The notes beneath the pieces were generated by a model that was not told the origin of the DNA, made no database searches, and was given only the letters and a program-made list of their open reading frames with translations. This document shows, one piece after another, positions 63,792 to 64,000 of a DNA stretch of 64,000 bases; position 1 is the first letter of the stretch; every line of letters begins with the position of its first letter. Location of the stretch: the NCBI GenBank assembly GCA_038245785.1, contig JBBRSB010000020.1, positions 1 to 64,000 of the forward strand. Direction: 5' to 3'. This DNA is from Gloeobacterales cyanobacterium. GTDB lineage: Bacteria > Cyanobacteriota > Cyanobacteriia > Gloeobacterales > PMM-0068. A program made the position numbers and the translations under genes.

Positions 63792-64000
63792 TTATGGTTG
63801 AGGGATAGCTATGGCCTGGGGCAGCATTTGGCTTGCTACCTGATTTGCCAACTGGATCACAGCCTCACAGTTAACCAGGGCTGGATAAATCTGGGCCGTA
63901 CTGGTCTGGAAAAGTCCTGGCACGGGAGCTGTCACCGGTAGGAGCTGACTACCGGCCCCTAGTCCATGAACAGGCTCGATGTTGCGTGCACGCAGCATCT
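63792..64000 (-). CDS. 3' end of a gene cut by the window edge (polysaccharide locus)
   Basis: Open frame running off the window, co-oriented with wbp-like genes. Confidence 0.5.
   Translation of the reverse strand, partial: MLRARNIEPVHGLGAGSQLLPVTAPVPGLFQTSTAQIYPALVNCEAVIQLANQVASQMLPQAIAIPQP

Overview
Cyanobacterial chromosomal window. Housekeeping genes (pyrC, cytM, cobO, cofH, uppP, ycf49, coaX, recF, comF, pip, mtnN) flank a ~26.5 kb CRISPR island (17064-43536). Few HIP1 (GCGATCGC) sites were seen, hinting at a HIP1-poor lineage such as Gloeobacterales; this is inference only. The island holds a type III-B variant system: cas10/cmr2-cmr3-cmr4-cmr5-cmr6::cmr1 fusion-Uma2-CARF/HEPN effector on the minus strand, csx18-cas1-cas2 on the plus strand, a WYL regulator, and no cas6 in the window. 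Two arrays share a 36-nt repeat (ATTGCTTCCCTTCGGGGAAGTTGAACTAATGGAAAC) and near-identical leaders. The most striking observation is that array 2 does not simply end. For ~9.7 kb beyond it, co-oriented whole, degenerate or split repeats bracket gene-sized cargo. A HigBA module sits inside one split repeat and a Uma2 gene plus AbiE remnant inside a second; phoX and a foreign-looking tyrosine phenol-lyase gene abut orphan repeats. This suggests CRISPR repeats act as capture sites for toxin-antitoxin and metabolic genes. All family assignments come from recognised motifs, not database searches.
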